NCBI GenBank assembly: GCA_963697775.1
Contig: CAVOPH010000016.1
Span: forward strand, 25,190-89,189
Length of the DNA stretch: 64,000 nt
Direction: 5' to 3'
Source: an uncultured Acidobacteriota bacterium
Lineage (GTDB): Bacteria; Acidobacteriota; Vicinamibacteria; Vicinamibacterales; 2-12-FULL-66-21
Part shown: positions 40,480 through 55,263 of the stretch, piece by piece
Layout: each line of letters opens with the position of its first letter
Numbering within the stretch: position 1 is the stretch's first letter
Notes under the pieces: generated by a model
Databases searched by the model: none
Told to the model about the DNA's origin: nothing
Seen by the model: only the letters and a program-made list of their open reading frames with translations
Position numbers and translations under genes: made by a program

Positions 40480-41245
40480 ATGACTCGCGCACTGCTGGCG
40501 GTCGGATTGTTCGGACTCGTACCGGTCGCCGCGTACGCGACGCCGTCCACGACGTACTGGGCGCCCTCCACGGCCTCGTGTCAGGCGCGGGGAGTCCCGC
40601 ACGTCACCTACGACACGTACTTCTGGAAGGGCCCGGCGGCCGGCGCTCAAGGCGCGACCGGCTATCCCATCGACACGGGCCTGACCGCGGGCGTTCTGCC
40701 GTTCGAGAAGGTGCAGGGTGAAGTCGGCTTCGACCTGCTGCTCCCCAGCCGTATCCGTTCTTCCTCAACATGAAGCTCTGCACGCCGGAGTCCTCGTTGT
40801 TCAAAGGGTCGCCCGGCATCAGTTTCGGCATCTACAACTTGGGCTTCAAGGATGATGTCAGCAATTACAACGTGCTGCATCTCATGTTCCAGAAGGCGTT
40901 CCCAAAAGGCGGCTACTTTGCGGCGGGCGTGTACCACGGTTTGAACAGACACGCTCATGACCAACAGCGACGGCAACGTCGTCAAGACCGGCGCGATGAT
41001 CGCCGCGGTCTCGCCCGACATCCAAGATCGGTCTCAAAGGTCTGAAGAAGATCAACATCGCCACGGATGTGCAGACGGGCAAGAACGTGCTCGGAGCCTG
41101 GGGCTTCGGCACGAACATCTATTTTGCTGACAACGTGTCGCTCCTGGTTGGCCCGGTGTTCTTCCTGGACAAGAACCTGCAGCCGGGTGGCACCAAGTAC
41201 ATGTGGACGGCGCAGCTCGATATCGACATCCCGCTGGGTCGTTGA
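40480..41245 (+). CDS. Secreted, probably outer-membrane beta-barrel protein leading the kdp operon; about 3 indels
   Basis: Signal MTRALLAVGLFGLVPVAAYA, TPSTTYWAPST; alternating strands (EVGFDL, ISFGIYN, GFGTNIYF, WTAQLDIDIP). Confidence 0.7.
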
Positions 41246-41280
41246 GCAACGGTGCTGTGTTTGAGGAAGGCAGGATACAC

Positions 41281-41370
41281 GTGTCCGACTTCATTTTCGT
41301 CGCGCTGACAATTCTCTTCTTCGCCGTGAGCATCGGCTACGTGGCCGTGTGCGACCGGCTCATGAAGTGA
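41281..41370 (+). CDS. 29-aa single-TM peptide upstream of kdpF
   Basis: MSDFIFVALTILFFAVSIGYVAVCDRLMK*, with AGGA SD; not in the ORF track. Confidence 0.75.
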   Translation: MSDFIFVALTILFFAVSIGYVAVCDRLMK

Positions 41371-41378
41371 GGTGACAC

Positions 41379-41469
41379 GTGGGCATCGACACCGCTCTCA
41401 CTCTAGCTCGTCAGCATTCTCACGCTCGGTTACCTCGTGCTCGCGATGCTGAAACCGGAGAAGTTCTGA
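41379..41469 (+). CDS. kdpF: KdpF subunit (one extra base near 41405)
   Basis: MGIDTALTL/LVSILTLGYLVLAMLKPEKF*, ending 1 nt before the kdpA ATG; GAGG SD. Confidence 0.88.
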
Positions 41470-41470
41470 C

Positions 41471-43253
41471 ATGACTCTCAACGGCTGGCTACAGATTCTC
41501 TTCTTTCTGCTCGCCATCTTTCTCGTGACGCCGGTGCTTGGCGGCTACATGGCGCGCGTGTTCAACCGGCAGCGCACGTTCCTCGATCCGGTGATGCGCC
41601 CGCTCGAGCGGCTCGTCTACCGGCTGACCGGTGTCAACGAGGCGCGCGAGATGCGCTGGACCGAGTACTCGGTCGCGCTGCTCCTCTTCAGCGTCGTCTC
41701 GATGCTGGTGCTGTACGTGATGCAGCGTGTGCAGGCGGTGCTGCCGTTCAACCCGCAGGGATTTGCCGGCGTCGCGCCGGATCTCGCCTTCAACACCGCC
41801 GCGTCGTTCACCACCAACACGAACTGGCAGGCGTACAGCGGCGAGTCGACGATGAGCTACTTCACGCAGATGGCGGGGCTCGCGTATCACAACTTCGTGT
41901 CGGCGGCGGTCGGCATCTCGGTGGCCATCGCGTTCATTCGCGGCATCGCCCAGAAAGAGAAAGACACGATCGGCAACTTCTGGGTGGACCTGGTGCGCGC
42001 GTCGCTCTGGGTGCTGCTGCCGATCTCGATCGTCGGCGCTTTGTTCCTGGTCTCGCAGGGCGTGGTGCAGAACCTCAAGCCGTACGACAAGGTCGCGGTC
42101 GTCGATCCGCAGACCGTGACGACGACCGGCGCCGACGGCAAGCCGCAGTCGCAGAAGGTCACCGAACAGACGATCGCGCAGGGGCCGATCGCCTCGCAGG
42201 AGATCATCAAGCAGTTCGGCACGAACGGAGGCGGGTTCCTCAATGCGAACAGCGCGCACCCGTTCGAGAACCCGACGCCGCTGACGAACTTCCTCGCGAT
42301 GTTCGGCATCTTCGCGATTTCGTCGGGGCTCACCTACACGCTCGGCTCGATGACCGGGTCGAAGCGTCATGGCTGGGCGGTCTGGGCGGCGATGGCGTTT
42401 CTCTTCCTCGCGGGCGTCACGACGGCGTACTGGGCTGAAGCGCGGGGGAACCCGATGCTGACCGCTGCCGGCGCCGACCAGACGACAACGGCGACGTCGC
42501 CTGGCGGCAACATGGAGGGCAAAGAGGTCCGTTTCGGCATCGCCAACACGGCGCTCTTCGCCACCGTCACCACCGACGCGAGCTGCGGCGCCATCAACGG
42601 CTGGCACGACTCGTTCACCCCGCTCGGCGGGCTCGTCCCGCTCGCCAACATCGAGTTGAGTGAAGTGGTCTTCGGCGGTGTCGGCGCGGGCATGTACGGC
42701 GTGTTGGTCTACATCATTCTCTCGGTCTTCATTGCCGGATTGATGGTCGGGCCGAACACCGGAATATCTCGGCAAGAAGATTCAGGCGTTCGAGGTGCAG
42801 ATGGCCATGTTGACCGTGCTGATCTTCTCGCTGCTCATCCTGGCCTTCACGGCGACGTCATCGGTGTCGCCGAGCTTCGGGACCTCGAGCATCTTCAACC
42901 CCGGCCCGCACGGGTTGTCCGAAATGCTCTACGCCTACTCGTCGGCCGCGGCGAACAACGGCTCGGCGTTCGGCGGCATCAGCGTGAACACCCACTGGTA
43001 CAACACGACGCTCGGGTTGACGATGCTGTTCGGACGGTTCTTCATGATCATTCCGCCGCTGGCGATCGCTGGAAGCCTGAGCCGGAAGAAGAAGATTCCC
43101 GAGTCGCTCGGCACGTTCCCCGTGACGACGCCGCTCTTCACGGCGTTGCTCGTCGGCGTGATCGTGATCGTCGGGGCGCTGACGTTCTTCCCGGCGCTCA
43201 GCCTGGGCCCGATCGTTGAGCACTTCATGATGAACGCGGGGCAGGCCTTCTAA
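41471..43253 (+). CDS. kdpA: K+-transporting ATPase subunit A; indel near 42750
   Basis: [58 protein letters not shown]. Confidence 0.97.
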
Positions 43254-43344
43254 GGAATGCTGATTGTTGAATGCTGAATGCTGATTGATCTGGCTGAGAC
43301 GAAAACAGACAACCGCTGACAGACAGGTTCAAGGACGAGTTTCC

Positions 43345-45447
<2,103 letters not shown>

Positions 45448-45458
45448 GAGGCACTATC

Positions 45459-46040
45459 ATGAACATCACACGCAACCTCATCTCGGCCATCCTGATGACG
45501 ATCGTCACCACGGTGATCCTGGGGGTGATTTATCCCCTGGCGATCACGGGCATCGCGCAGGTCGCGTTTCCCAGTCAGGCCAACGGTCAGCTGATCGAGC
45601 GGAACGGATCCGTGATCGGGTCGCGGATCATCGGGCAGGGATTCTCGTCGCCGGGATACTTTCGTCCGAGGCCGTCAGCCGCCGGAACGGGCTACGACGC
45701 GGCCAATTCGGCGGGCAGCCAGCTCGGGCCCACGAACAAGAAGCTGATCGACAACGTCAAGGCCAATGTCGAAGCCGCACGCAAGGAGAACCCGAACGCG
45801 CCTGTCCCCATCGACCTCGTGACGACGTCGGCCTCCGGATTCGATCCGCACATCACGCCCGCCGCGGCCGACTTTCAGGTACCGCGGGTGGCCCGCGAGC
45901 GTGGCGTCTCCGAGGCGGACGTGAGGCGTCTGGTGGATGCCAACACGCAAGGGCGGCAGCTCGGCTTCTTTGGAGAGGCGCGGGTCAACGTGCTCGAGCT
46001 GAATCTCGCGCTCGATTCGCAGTATCCGCTCAAGAAGTAG
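45459..46040 (+). CDS. kdpC: K+-transporting ATPase subunit C
   Basis: [55 protein letters not shown]. Confidence 0.96.
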   Translation: MNITRNLISAILMTIVTTVILGVIYPLAITGIAQVAFPSQANGQLIERNGSVIGSRIIGQGFSSPGYFRPRPSAAGTGYDAANSAGSQLGPTNKKLIDNVKANVEAARKENPNAPVPIDLVTTSASGFDPHITPAAADFQVPRVARERGVSEADVRRLVDANTQGRQLGFFGEARVNVLELNLALDSQYPLKK

Positions 46041-46165
46041 TCAGGGCTTGCGAAACACGACGAGCCACCAGAGGTCCTCGTCGCCGGATCGATCGATGAA
46101 CGGATCCTCGCGAAGGACCGTCTGGAATCCTTGCTGATTGATTTGACGTTCGGCCACGGCCCGGG

Positions 46166-46696
46166 TCATCTCGTGATGCCCCTCGGCCGTGGTAGCGGGT
46201 TTCGACCACCACTGCGCGGGGCCCGATCGACGACGACCAGCCTGCCGCCAGGACGCATCGACGTGTAGAGCGCTTTCAGAATCTGCTCCGGCGCGGTCAG
46301 CTCGTGATAGGTGTTCGCGATCAGCACGGCATCGACTGGCGTCGGCGGAAGCTTCGGATCGTCGACACGGCCGCGAATGACGTGAAGGTTCCAGTGCCCG
46401 CCGAGCACGGCTCGGATCCATAGAAAGGCCAGCGATTGCCTGCGGAGATCGACCGCGAGGACGCGGCCGTTCGGGGCCACGCGAGGGGCGATCTTCAATG
46501 AGAAGTAGCCCGCGCCCGAGCCCAGATCGACGACCGTCATCCCGGGATGCAGATCGAGTTGTCGAAGGATCTCGTCCGGCCGTTGCCACGAGTCGCGTTC
46601 GCGTTCCACCCTGTCGAGCGTGCCCAGCGTACGCACCACTTCTTCCAGCACAAACACGGCTGGAACCACGATAACGACCAACGTGAGGATTCCCAC
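46166..46696 (-). CDS. Class I SAM-dependent methyltransferase with N-terminal hydrophobic segment
   Basis: ERDSWQRP, VVDLGSGAGYF, NTYHEL, RPGGRLVVVD. Confidence 0.85.
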   Translation of the reverse strand: MGILTLVVIVVPAVFVLEEVVRTLGTLDRVERERDSWQRPDEILRQLDLHPGMTVVDLGSGAGYFSLKIAPRVAPNGRVLAVDLRRQSLAFLWIRAVLGGHWNLHVIRGRVDDPKLPPTPVDAVLIANTYHELTAPEQILKALYTSMRPGGRLVVVDRAPRSGGRNPLPRPRGITR

Positions 46697-46878
46697 ACAG
46701 ACGTTTCGTCACGTGACATCGATCCTGTCAGAAACGGCGAGTCGGGAACCGGTCACCGATGAACCGGTCATGCTATCGTCTGCTTTCGTGAGGTTTCAGC
46801 TCGTCAACCAGTCTGTTTGCTCGGCCCCTGATTCTGCGTCGCGCTACCCGGCGTCGGGCTGTGTGCTCGCGCGCGGTC

Positions 46879-47720
46879 ATGATGAGCGTGGCGACGAGCT
46901 GCACCAACTCGCCGGAAACGGCGCTCGAACGGCTCATGGAATCGCGCCGCCTCGCGGCGGATCTCCTGGTTCAGTTCACCAAGGCCGCTGACGCCTCGAA
47001 TCGCGCGGTGATGGCGGACACCGACGAAGCCTCCGTCGCGTTCGCCCGTGAGGCCGAGCAGGCCACGCAGGCGGTCGAAAAAGACGCCGCCGCGCTGGAT
47101 CCGATTCTTCGCGGCCTCGGCTACTCGAACGAAACGCGGCTGCTCGAGGAATTCAACAGCCGCTTTGCGGAGTATCGCGCGCTGGACCGCAAGATCCTCG
47201 AGCTGGCGGTCGAGAACACGAATCTCAAGGCGCAGCGTTTGTCGTTCGGGCCCGCTCAAGAGGCAGCCGACGCGTTCCGCGATTCCGTTGCGGCCGTCGC
47301 GCCACTGGATCCGGCGAAGGATACGTGGCGCGTGAAGGCGCTGGCCGCGACCGCTATCGGCGGCCGTGCGCGAGATCCAGGTGCTTCAGGCGCCACACAT
47401 CGCGGAAGCCGACGAGGCCGTGATGACTCGAATCGAGAAACAGATGGCAACCGAGGAAGCGGCGGCCCGGAGCGCGTTGGCGAACCTGGGAACCGTGGCG
47501 CAGCCCGCATCCCGTCCGCAGCTCGACGCCGCCACCGCCGCGCTCGACCGGTTCATGGGCATCAACGCTCAAATCATCGAGCTGTCCCGCCGCAACACGA
47601 ACGTTCGCTCGCTGGCGCTGGCGCTGGGCCAGAAGCGGACGCTTCACCGCCGCGTGCGAGGACCGCCTGCATGCGCTTCAGGACGCTCTGGCGAAGCGCG
47701 AGTTCACTGCCACTCGATAG
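46879..47720 (+). CDS. Stand-alone chemoreceptor-like helical (4HB/HBM-like) ligand-binding protein, possibly a lipoprotein; indels, start uncertain
   Basis: Internal duplication ILELAVENTNLKAQRLS / IIELSRRNTNVRSLALA; ATSC near the N-terminus; no signalling domain. Confidence 0.6.
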
Positions 47721-47726
47721 GATCCA

Positions 47727-47831
47727 GATTCTGCTGGGTTCTACAAGGTTCTGCTGGGTTCTACGAGGTTCGTGGCTTCAACGCTTCGACGAACGAACCT
47801 TGCCGAACCCGGTAGAAACCAGTAGAACCCG
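47727..47831. repeat. Inverted array of 10-nt repeats between convergent genes
   Basis: gggttctac aaggttctgc tgggttctac gaggttcg ... gaacgaacc..ccgaaccc ggtagaaacc agtagaaccc. Confidence 0.85.
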
Positions 47832-47835
47832 GTCT

Positions 47836-48519
47836 TCAGAGGTCCGCAAATCGATATCCAACCCAGGGTTCCGTGAGGATGTATCTGGGAGCGGACGGAT
47901 TCGGCTCGATTTTCTTTCGCAGCGATCCGACCAGCACTCGCAGGTGCTCGGGCTGATCGACGAAATGCGGGCCCCAGATCGCCTTGAGGATGGTCCGATG
48001 GGTCAGCACGCGCCCGGGGTGCTGCGCCAGAAAGGTGAGCAGCTCGAATTCCTTGGGAGTCAGGCGCACTTCTTCGCCGTCTCGGAGAACCCGGAATCGT
48101 TCGCGATCGATGACGAGGCCGCCGCGCACGATCGGTTCGGTCGCCGGTGACGGATTCTCGATCCGACGCAGCGTCGCGCGAATACGTGCCAGCAGTTCAT
48201 CGGTCCCGAACGGCTTCGTCACGTAGTCGTCCGCACCCGCGTCCAGTGCGCCGACCTTGTCGCCTTCGGCCCCGCGCGCGGACAGCACCAGGATCGGTAC
48301 GTTCGACGTCTCTCGCACCAGCCGGCACACTTCGACACCATCGATGTCCGGCAAACCCAGATCGAGCACGATCAGATCCGGTTTGTCGCGCTCGACGGCT
48401 TCCAGCGCGGCTCGACCGGTCATGGCCGAGAAGACCTCGTATCCTCGCGCCCGCACCAGCGGCGCCAGCGTGCCGAGGATGTTCGGTTCGTCGTCGACGA
48501 TGAGGATGCGCGCCGCCAT
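47836..48519 (-). CDS. kdpE: KdpE response regulator (OmpR family)
   Basis: LDLGLPDIDG, LDAGADDYVTKPF, LTPKEF, VLTHR..IWG, LRKKIE..P.YILTEPWVGYRF. Confidence 0.93.
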   Translation of the reverse strand: MAARILIVDDEPNILGTLAPLVRARGYEVFSAMTGRAALEAVERDKPDLIVLDLGLPDIDGVEVCRLVRETSNVPILVLSARGAEGDKVGALDAGADDYVTKPFGTDELLARIRATLRRIENPSPATEPIVRGGLVIDRERFRVLRDGEEVRLTPKEFELLTFLAQHPGRVLTHRTILKAIWGPHFVDQPEHLRVLVGSLRKKIEPNPSAPRYILTEPWVGYRFADL

Positions 48520-48521
48520 CG

Positions 48522-50030
48522 CTACTGCGCCACCGTGACCGGACGCACGGCTCCAGGCACGACGATCGAAAACCTCGCGCCGGCCCCGGGCACGTTCTCG
48601 GCCCAGACACGTCCACCCGCTGCGGCCAGTAGTCCCCGCGTGATCGAGAGTCCCATTCCGGTGCCGAAGGTAGCCTGGCGTGCGGCGCGTCCTCGGTAGA
48701 ACCGTTCGAAGAGATGATCGAGCTCGGCCGGATCGAGTCCGGGGCCCTGATCGGTAACCGAGACGTGCAGCCCGTCACGTTCCACCTGGGCGCCCACGAC
48801 GATCGCCTTGGCCGGGGGCGAATACAGGGCCGCGTTTTCGAGCAGGTGCGACAGTGCGACCGATGCCAGTCTCGGATCGATCTCCACCGTCATGTCGGTG
48901 TCGGCATCGACGCTGAGCGCGTGCCCCTCCAGCGTGTGTCTGACGAGCGCGACCGCCGCATCGACCACGTCGGCGGCGGCAACCCACTGCCGTTCGACGT
49001 GAATCGCGGCCGCGTCGATCCGGGCCATGTCCAGGATGTCCTGGAACAGGCGCGTCAGCCGATCGAGCTCGGCCATCGCGGCGCCAGCCTGGACGCGGCG
49101 ATCCTCGGCCGCGAGCTCGCCTCGAAGGTTCTCGACCGCGGCTTTGATCGCCGTCAACGGCGTTCTCAGGTCGTGGCTCAGTGATGCCAGCAAGGTCGCC
49201 CCGAGATCGGCCTTCTGTCTGACGAGCTCAGCCGCGTCACGTTCCGCGAGGAACTGCGCCCGCTCGATCGCAATCGCGACGACGCCGGCGACGGCGTCGA
49301 GGGTGCCGATGTCGAGCGACGGCGAGGCCGCAGCGAGCAGACCGACCGGCCGGGTTCCGTGTCTCAACGGAACGATCGACACCTCATTGTTCGCTCCGAC
49401 GCGGATGTGGCCGCCGTACGCCCGTTGATGCGCGTCGAATTCGAGCGTCCCGCGGGCCTTGGCCAGGGCCGTATTCAGCACGTTCTCGTCGATCGAGACC
49501 TCCTCGCTCGCGCCCTGGTGGATGTGCCAGCCGTGATCGCCGGGAAGGCAGATCGCGACGCGCTCCAGTTCGAAGCGACGGGCGACATGCCGCGCGAGCA
49601 CGTCGATGGCACTCGCCGTTTCAGTGGTCAACAACACATCCCGTGTCAGATCGAACAGGCGCGTCACTTCGTTGCGGCGCGCGATCGCCTCGCGGGCCTT
49701 GTCCTGCGCCGCCGCTGACAGATTGCTGGCAATCACCGCGACGATCAGGAACGCCACCAGGGCGATCCAGTTCTGGGGATCGGCGATCGTAAACGTGCCG
49801 ACCGGAGGGAGAAAGAAGAAGTTCAGCGTGAGCATCGCGACGATCGACACCACGATCGCGATCCGAAGACGTGCGAGGGTCGCGGCGCCGAGCACGACCA
49901 GCAGCAGCGCGAGCGCAACGGTCGTCGGGCTCACGTCGCGCAGCGCGCGGAGCGCAGCGGTCACCGCAGCAAGCGCGACGATGCTCCCAAGAAAGACGAT
50001 GAGGTCGCGTGTCGGTCTCCGACGGAGCAT
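48522..50030 (-). CDS. kdpD: Membrane sensor kinase half of KdpD (DUF4118 4TM - GAF - HisKA - HATPase)
   Basis: NFFFLPPVGTFTIADPQNW, SHDLRTPLT, LLENAALYS, DQGPG, GTGMGL; directly upstream of kdpE. Confidence 0.92.
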   Translation of the reverse strand: MLRRRPTRDLIVFLGSIVALAAVTAALRALRDVSPTTVALALLLVVLGAATLARLRIAIVVSIVAMLTLNFFFLPPVGTFTIADPQNWIALVAFLIVAVIASNLSAAAQDKAREAIARRNEVTRLFDLTRDVLLTTETASAIDVLARHVARRFELERVAICLPGDHGWHIHQGASEEVSIDENVLNTALAKARGTLEFDAHQRAYGGHIRVGANNEVSIVPLRHGTRPVGLLAAASPSLDIGTLDAVAGVVAIAIERAQFLAERDAAELVRQKADLGATLLASLSHDLRTPLTAIKAAVENLRGELAAEDRRVQAGAAMAELDRLTRLFQDILDMARIDAAAIHVERQWVAAADVVDAAVALVRHTLEGHALSVDADTDMTVEIDPRLASVALSHLLENAALYSPPAKAIVVGAQVERDGLHVSVTDQGPGLDPAELDHLFERFYRGRAARQATFGTGMGLSITRGLLAAAGGRVWAENVPGAGARFSIVVPGAVRPVTVAQ

Positions 50031-50086
50031 GTTCTCAAGGCAATTCTGACATCTCACGCCGGCCGTGCGGCATCGCCGCTCAACTT

Positions 50087-50131
50087 CTTATCGATTCTTT
50101 ACGGATTTCTTACGCGCACGGGCGGTAAGGT
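50087..50131 (+). promoter_or_regulatory. KdpE-like box D with -10 candidate TAAGGT
   Basis: CTTATC/TTTACG/CTTACG at 50087/50098/50109, then N11 and TAAGGT. Confidence 0.7.
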
Positions 50132-50148
50132 TGAAGAGCAGGCCGAAC

Positions 50149-50493
50149 ATGCAGATGCTCATTTCGCTCCCCGCGTCCGGCGCCCCTTCGCGGGAACTCG
50201 GTCCGATCCTGTCGGACTATCTGGCGCTCGATCGTGCACGAATCGTCCGGCGGCTGATGGTGGCGCGTTTCGGCGTGCTGGCGCTGTTGGCGGCACTGAT
50301 CGAGACCGTCTTTCGCGGGTTCTCTCCCTTCGCCCGCGTGGTCACCGTCGCCCTGTGCCTCGTTCCTCCCGCCTGGGCACGGATCGTCGAACTCGGGCGC
50401 GAGCATCGCCTGTCGCGGCGCCTCGAACGCGTCGATGGAGTCGTTACCCACAAATATGTCCCTCGGTCCGAAGGCCATCAGGGCTCCGCATAA
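50149..50493 (+). CDS. Small two-TM hypothetical membrane protein
   Basis: 114 aa; hydrophobic FGVLALLAALIETVF and VVTVALCLVPPAW; follows box D. Confidence 0.65.
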   Translation: MQMLISLPASGAPSRELGPILSDYLALDRARIVRRLMVARFGVLALLAALIETVFRGFSPFARVVTVALCLVPPAWARIVELGREHRLSRRLERVDGVVTHKYVPRSEGHQGSA

Positions 50494-50516
50494 GAAAGTC
50501 GTAAAAAGTTCATAAG
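50489..50516 (-). promoter_or_regulatory. KdpE-like box E (reverse orientation), upstream of the kimA leader
   Basis: Minus strand CTTATG-N5-TTTACG-N5-CTTATG; CATAAT -10 candidate at 50557. Confidence 0.65.
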
Positions 50517-50567
50517 TACGGGCTGCCGCGCTCGCCGAAATCCGGCGGTTTCCTCGCATAATCACGA

Positions 50568-50718
50568 CAGTGCCAAATTCGCTTCGCTGGTCGAAGCGAT
50601 GCGGGGGACCCACTCGAGCATTCCGCTCGTCGGGGCGTATCCCACCGAAGTGCCGCAAGGCGCGAAGGTGGGTAGAGGATTCCAACCTCGAGCCCGTCAG
50701 CTAACCCCGTCGGCCGAT
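50568..50718 (+). ncRNA. c-di-AMP (ydaO/yuaA) riboswitch in the kimA-like leader
   Basis: GCCAAAT-hairpin-TGCGGGGGACCCA..TCGGGGCGTATCCC..GGGTAGAGG..CCTCGAGCCCGTCAGCTAACCCCGTCGGC, then GGAAGGA and ATG. Confidence 0.9.
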
Positions 50719-50728
50719 TGGAAGGACC

Positions 50729-52567
50729 ATGCCGGCAGAAGGCCTGCTCTCGCAAGCCAAGCGGCTCGTCGTCGGCGAGCCGATTCCGTCACATCTCGCA
50801 CACCATGAACGGTTCTCGCGATTCACCGGCCTCGCGGTGCTGTCCTCCGATGCCCTGTCGTCGGTGGCCTACGCGACGGAAGAGATCCTGCGCGTCCTCG
50901 TTCTGGTCAGCGTTGGCGTGCTGAGCTTCGCGACGCCGATCGCGTTCGTCATCGCCGCCATTCTGGCCATCGTCGTCTTTTCCTATCGACAGACCATTCA
51001 CGCCTACCCGAGCGGCGGGGGCGCCTACATCGTCGCGAAGGACAATCTCGGAGAGATGCCGGCGCTCATCGCCGCGGCGTCGCTGCTCATCGACTACGTG
51101 CTCACGGTGGCGGTCAGCATCGCGGCCGGTGTCGCGGCCCTCACGTCGGCCTTCCCGCAATGGCACGTGAACCGCGTCGAGATGACGCTGGGGTTCGTGC
51201 TGGTCCTGATGCTCGGCAATCTGCGCGGGATCAGAGAGTCGGGCCGGATCTTTGCGATCCCCACGTACATGTTCGTGGTCAGCCTTCTCGGCTTGATCGC
51301 GGTCGGGACGTGGCGGGCGCTCAGCGGCACGATTCATCCGATCGCCGCCGTGCAGCCGATTCAGCCTGCCGGCGACACGCTGACCCTGTTCCTGCTTCTG
51401 ACTGCGTTTTCCAACGGGTGCACGGCGATGACCGGCGTAGAGGCGGTGTCGAACGGCGTTCCCGCATTCAAACCGCCGGAAGCGAAGAACGCCGCGGCGA
51501 CGATGGTGATGATGGCGGTGCTGTCGATCACGATGTTCGTCGGCATCACGCTGCTCGCGCACGCGTATCACATCGTCCCGAGCGAGCAGGAAACCGTCGT
51601 GTCGCAGATTGCGCGAGGCGTCTTCGGCGGACGAGGGTGGCCGTACTACGCCGTCCAGGGCGCGACGATGCTGATTCTCGTCCTGGCCGCGAACACCGCG
51701 TACGCTGATTTTCCGCGGCTCGCGTCGATCCTCGCGCGCGATCGCTACGTGCCGCGACAGCTCATGAACCAGGGGGATCGCCTCGCGTTTTCGAACGGCA
51801 TCATCGGGCTGAGTGCCTTCGCGTCAATTCTGCTCGTCGCTTACGGCGGCGATACACACTCGCTGATTCCGCTCTACATGATCGGCGTCTTCGTGTCGTT
51901 CACGTTGTCGCAGGCCGGCATGGTCGTCCACTGGCGAAAGCTGAAAGGGCCGGGATGGAGGACCAGCGCGTTCATCAACGGCCTCGGCGCTGTCGTCACC
52001 GGCATCGTCCTCGTCGTCGTCGCCCTCACGAAGAGCCGCGAAGGCGCATGGATCATCCTGCTGCTCATTCCGGTCCATGTGTTTCTGTTTCGAGCGACCC
52101 GCCGACATTACGACGAAGTCGCGCGGCAGCTGTCGCTCGACGGGTGGACAAATGGCACGAGGCACCGCAACACCGTGCTCGTGCCGATGAGCGGCGTGCA
52201 CCGGGCCGTGGTCCAGGCGCTCGAGTACGCGAAGACGTTGTCGCCAGACGTGCGAGCGGTCTACGTCAACATCGATCCGGCCGCGACGGAACAGCTGTCG
52301 CGTCAGTGGAAGAAGTGGGGCGACGGGGTTCCGCTCGTGGTGCTCGAGTCACCGTACCGCTCGCTGATGGAACCGCTGCTCGAATACATCGATCAGGTCG
52401 ATGCCGCGCAACCGGACGATTTCGTGACGATCGTCTTACCCGAGTTCGTGCCGGCGCGCTGGTGGCATCACGTCTTCCACAACCAGCGTGCGCTGCTAAT
52501 CAAGGGTGCGCTGCTCTTCCGGCCGAACGTCGTCGTCACCAGTGTGCCGTTTCATCTGAATCGTTGA
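50729..52567 (+). CDS. kimA: KimA/YdaO-like APC-superfamily K+ transporter
   Basis: SSDALSSVAYATEEI, SYRQTIHAYPSGGGAY, LTVAVS, TGVEAVSNGV, SPYRSL, LPEFV..WWH..FHNQ. Confidence 0.9.
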   Translation: MPAEGLLSQAKRLVVGEPIPSHLAHHERFSRFTGLAVLSSDALSSVAYATEEILRVLVLVSVGVLSFATPIAFVIAAILAIVVFSYRQTIHAYPSGGGAYIVAKDNLGEMPALIAAASLLIDYVLTVAVSIAAGVAALTSAFPQWHVNRVEMTLGFVLVLMLGNLRGIRESGRIFAIPTYMFVVSLLGLIAVGTWRALSGTIHPIAAVQPIQPAGDTLTLFLLLTAFSNGCTAMTGVEAVSNGVPAFKPPEAKNAAATMVMMAVLSITMFVGITLLAHAYHIVPSEQETVVSQIARGVFGGRGWPYYAVQGATMLILVLAANTAYADFPRLASILARDRYVPRQLMNQGDRLAFSNGIIGLSAFASILLVAYGGDTHSLIPLYMIGVFVSFTLSQAGMVVHWRKLKGPGWRTSAFINGLGAVVTGIVLVVVALTKSREGAWIILLLIPVHVFLFRATRRHYDEVARQLSLDGWTNGTRHRNTVLVPMSGVHRAVVQALEYAKTLSPDVRAVYVNIDPAATEQLSRQWKKWGDGVPLVVLESPYRSLMEPLLEYIDQVDAAQPDDFVTIVLPEFVPARWWHHVFHNQRALLIKGALLFRPNVVVTSVPFHLNR

Positions 52568-52615
52568 CGACACTCGGGATCCGTGGGGATCCGGGATCCG
52601 ATTGAGCGTGATGCG

Positions 52616-54885
<2,270 letters not shown>

Positions 54886-54906
54886 ACCGGAACGGTTCGC
54901 GCTCGC

Positions 54907-55241
54907 CTACTCGGACTTCGTCGTATTTGCCGGCGGTGCCGTGCTCGTCGAGGACGTGTCTGACTTGCTTCCCGATTCGCTTTTGTCGCTTTTGGCCTTG
55001 TCCGATTTCTTGTCAGCAGCAGCCTCGGCGTTACTCGTCGATCCGCGTCGCTCGACGACTTCTTCGCGTAGTCGGTGATGTACCAGCCCGATCCCTTGAA
55101 CTGAATCGCCGGCGACGAGATCAGCTTGCGCACCGGGCCCTTGCCGCACTTCGGACAGACATCGACCAGCGGATCGGAGAATTTCTGAATGCGTTCGAAG
55201 CGGTGGTCACAGGCCTCGCACTGGTATTCGTACAGCGGCAT
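54907..55241 (-). CDS. FmdB-family zinc-ribbon protein
   Basis: MPLYEYQCEAC..CPKCG..FKGSGWYITDY, S/K-rich tail. Confidence 0.9.
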
Positions 55242-55263
55242 GAAAGTTCAATCCTGAAAAAAA

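Noticed and set aside
40440..41470. Third c-di-AMP riboswitch before kdpFABC
   Set aside because: No CCCGTCAGCTAAC or GGGGGAACC motif in the kdp leader
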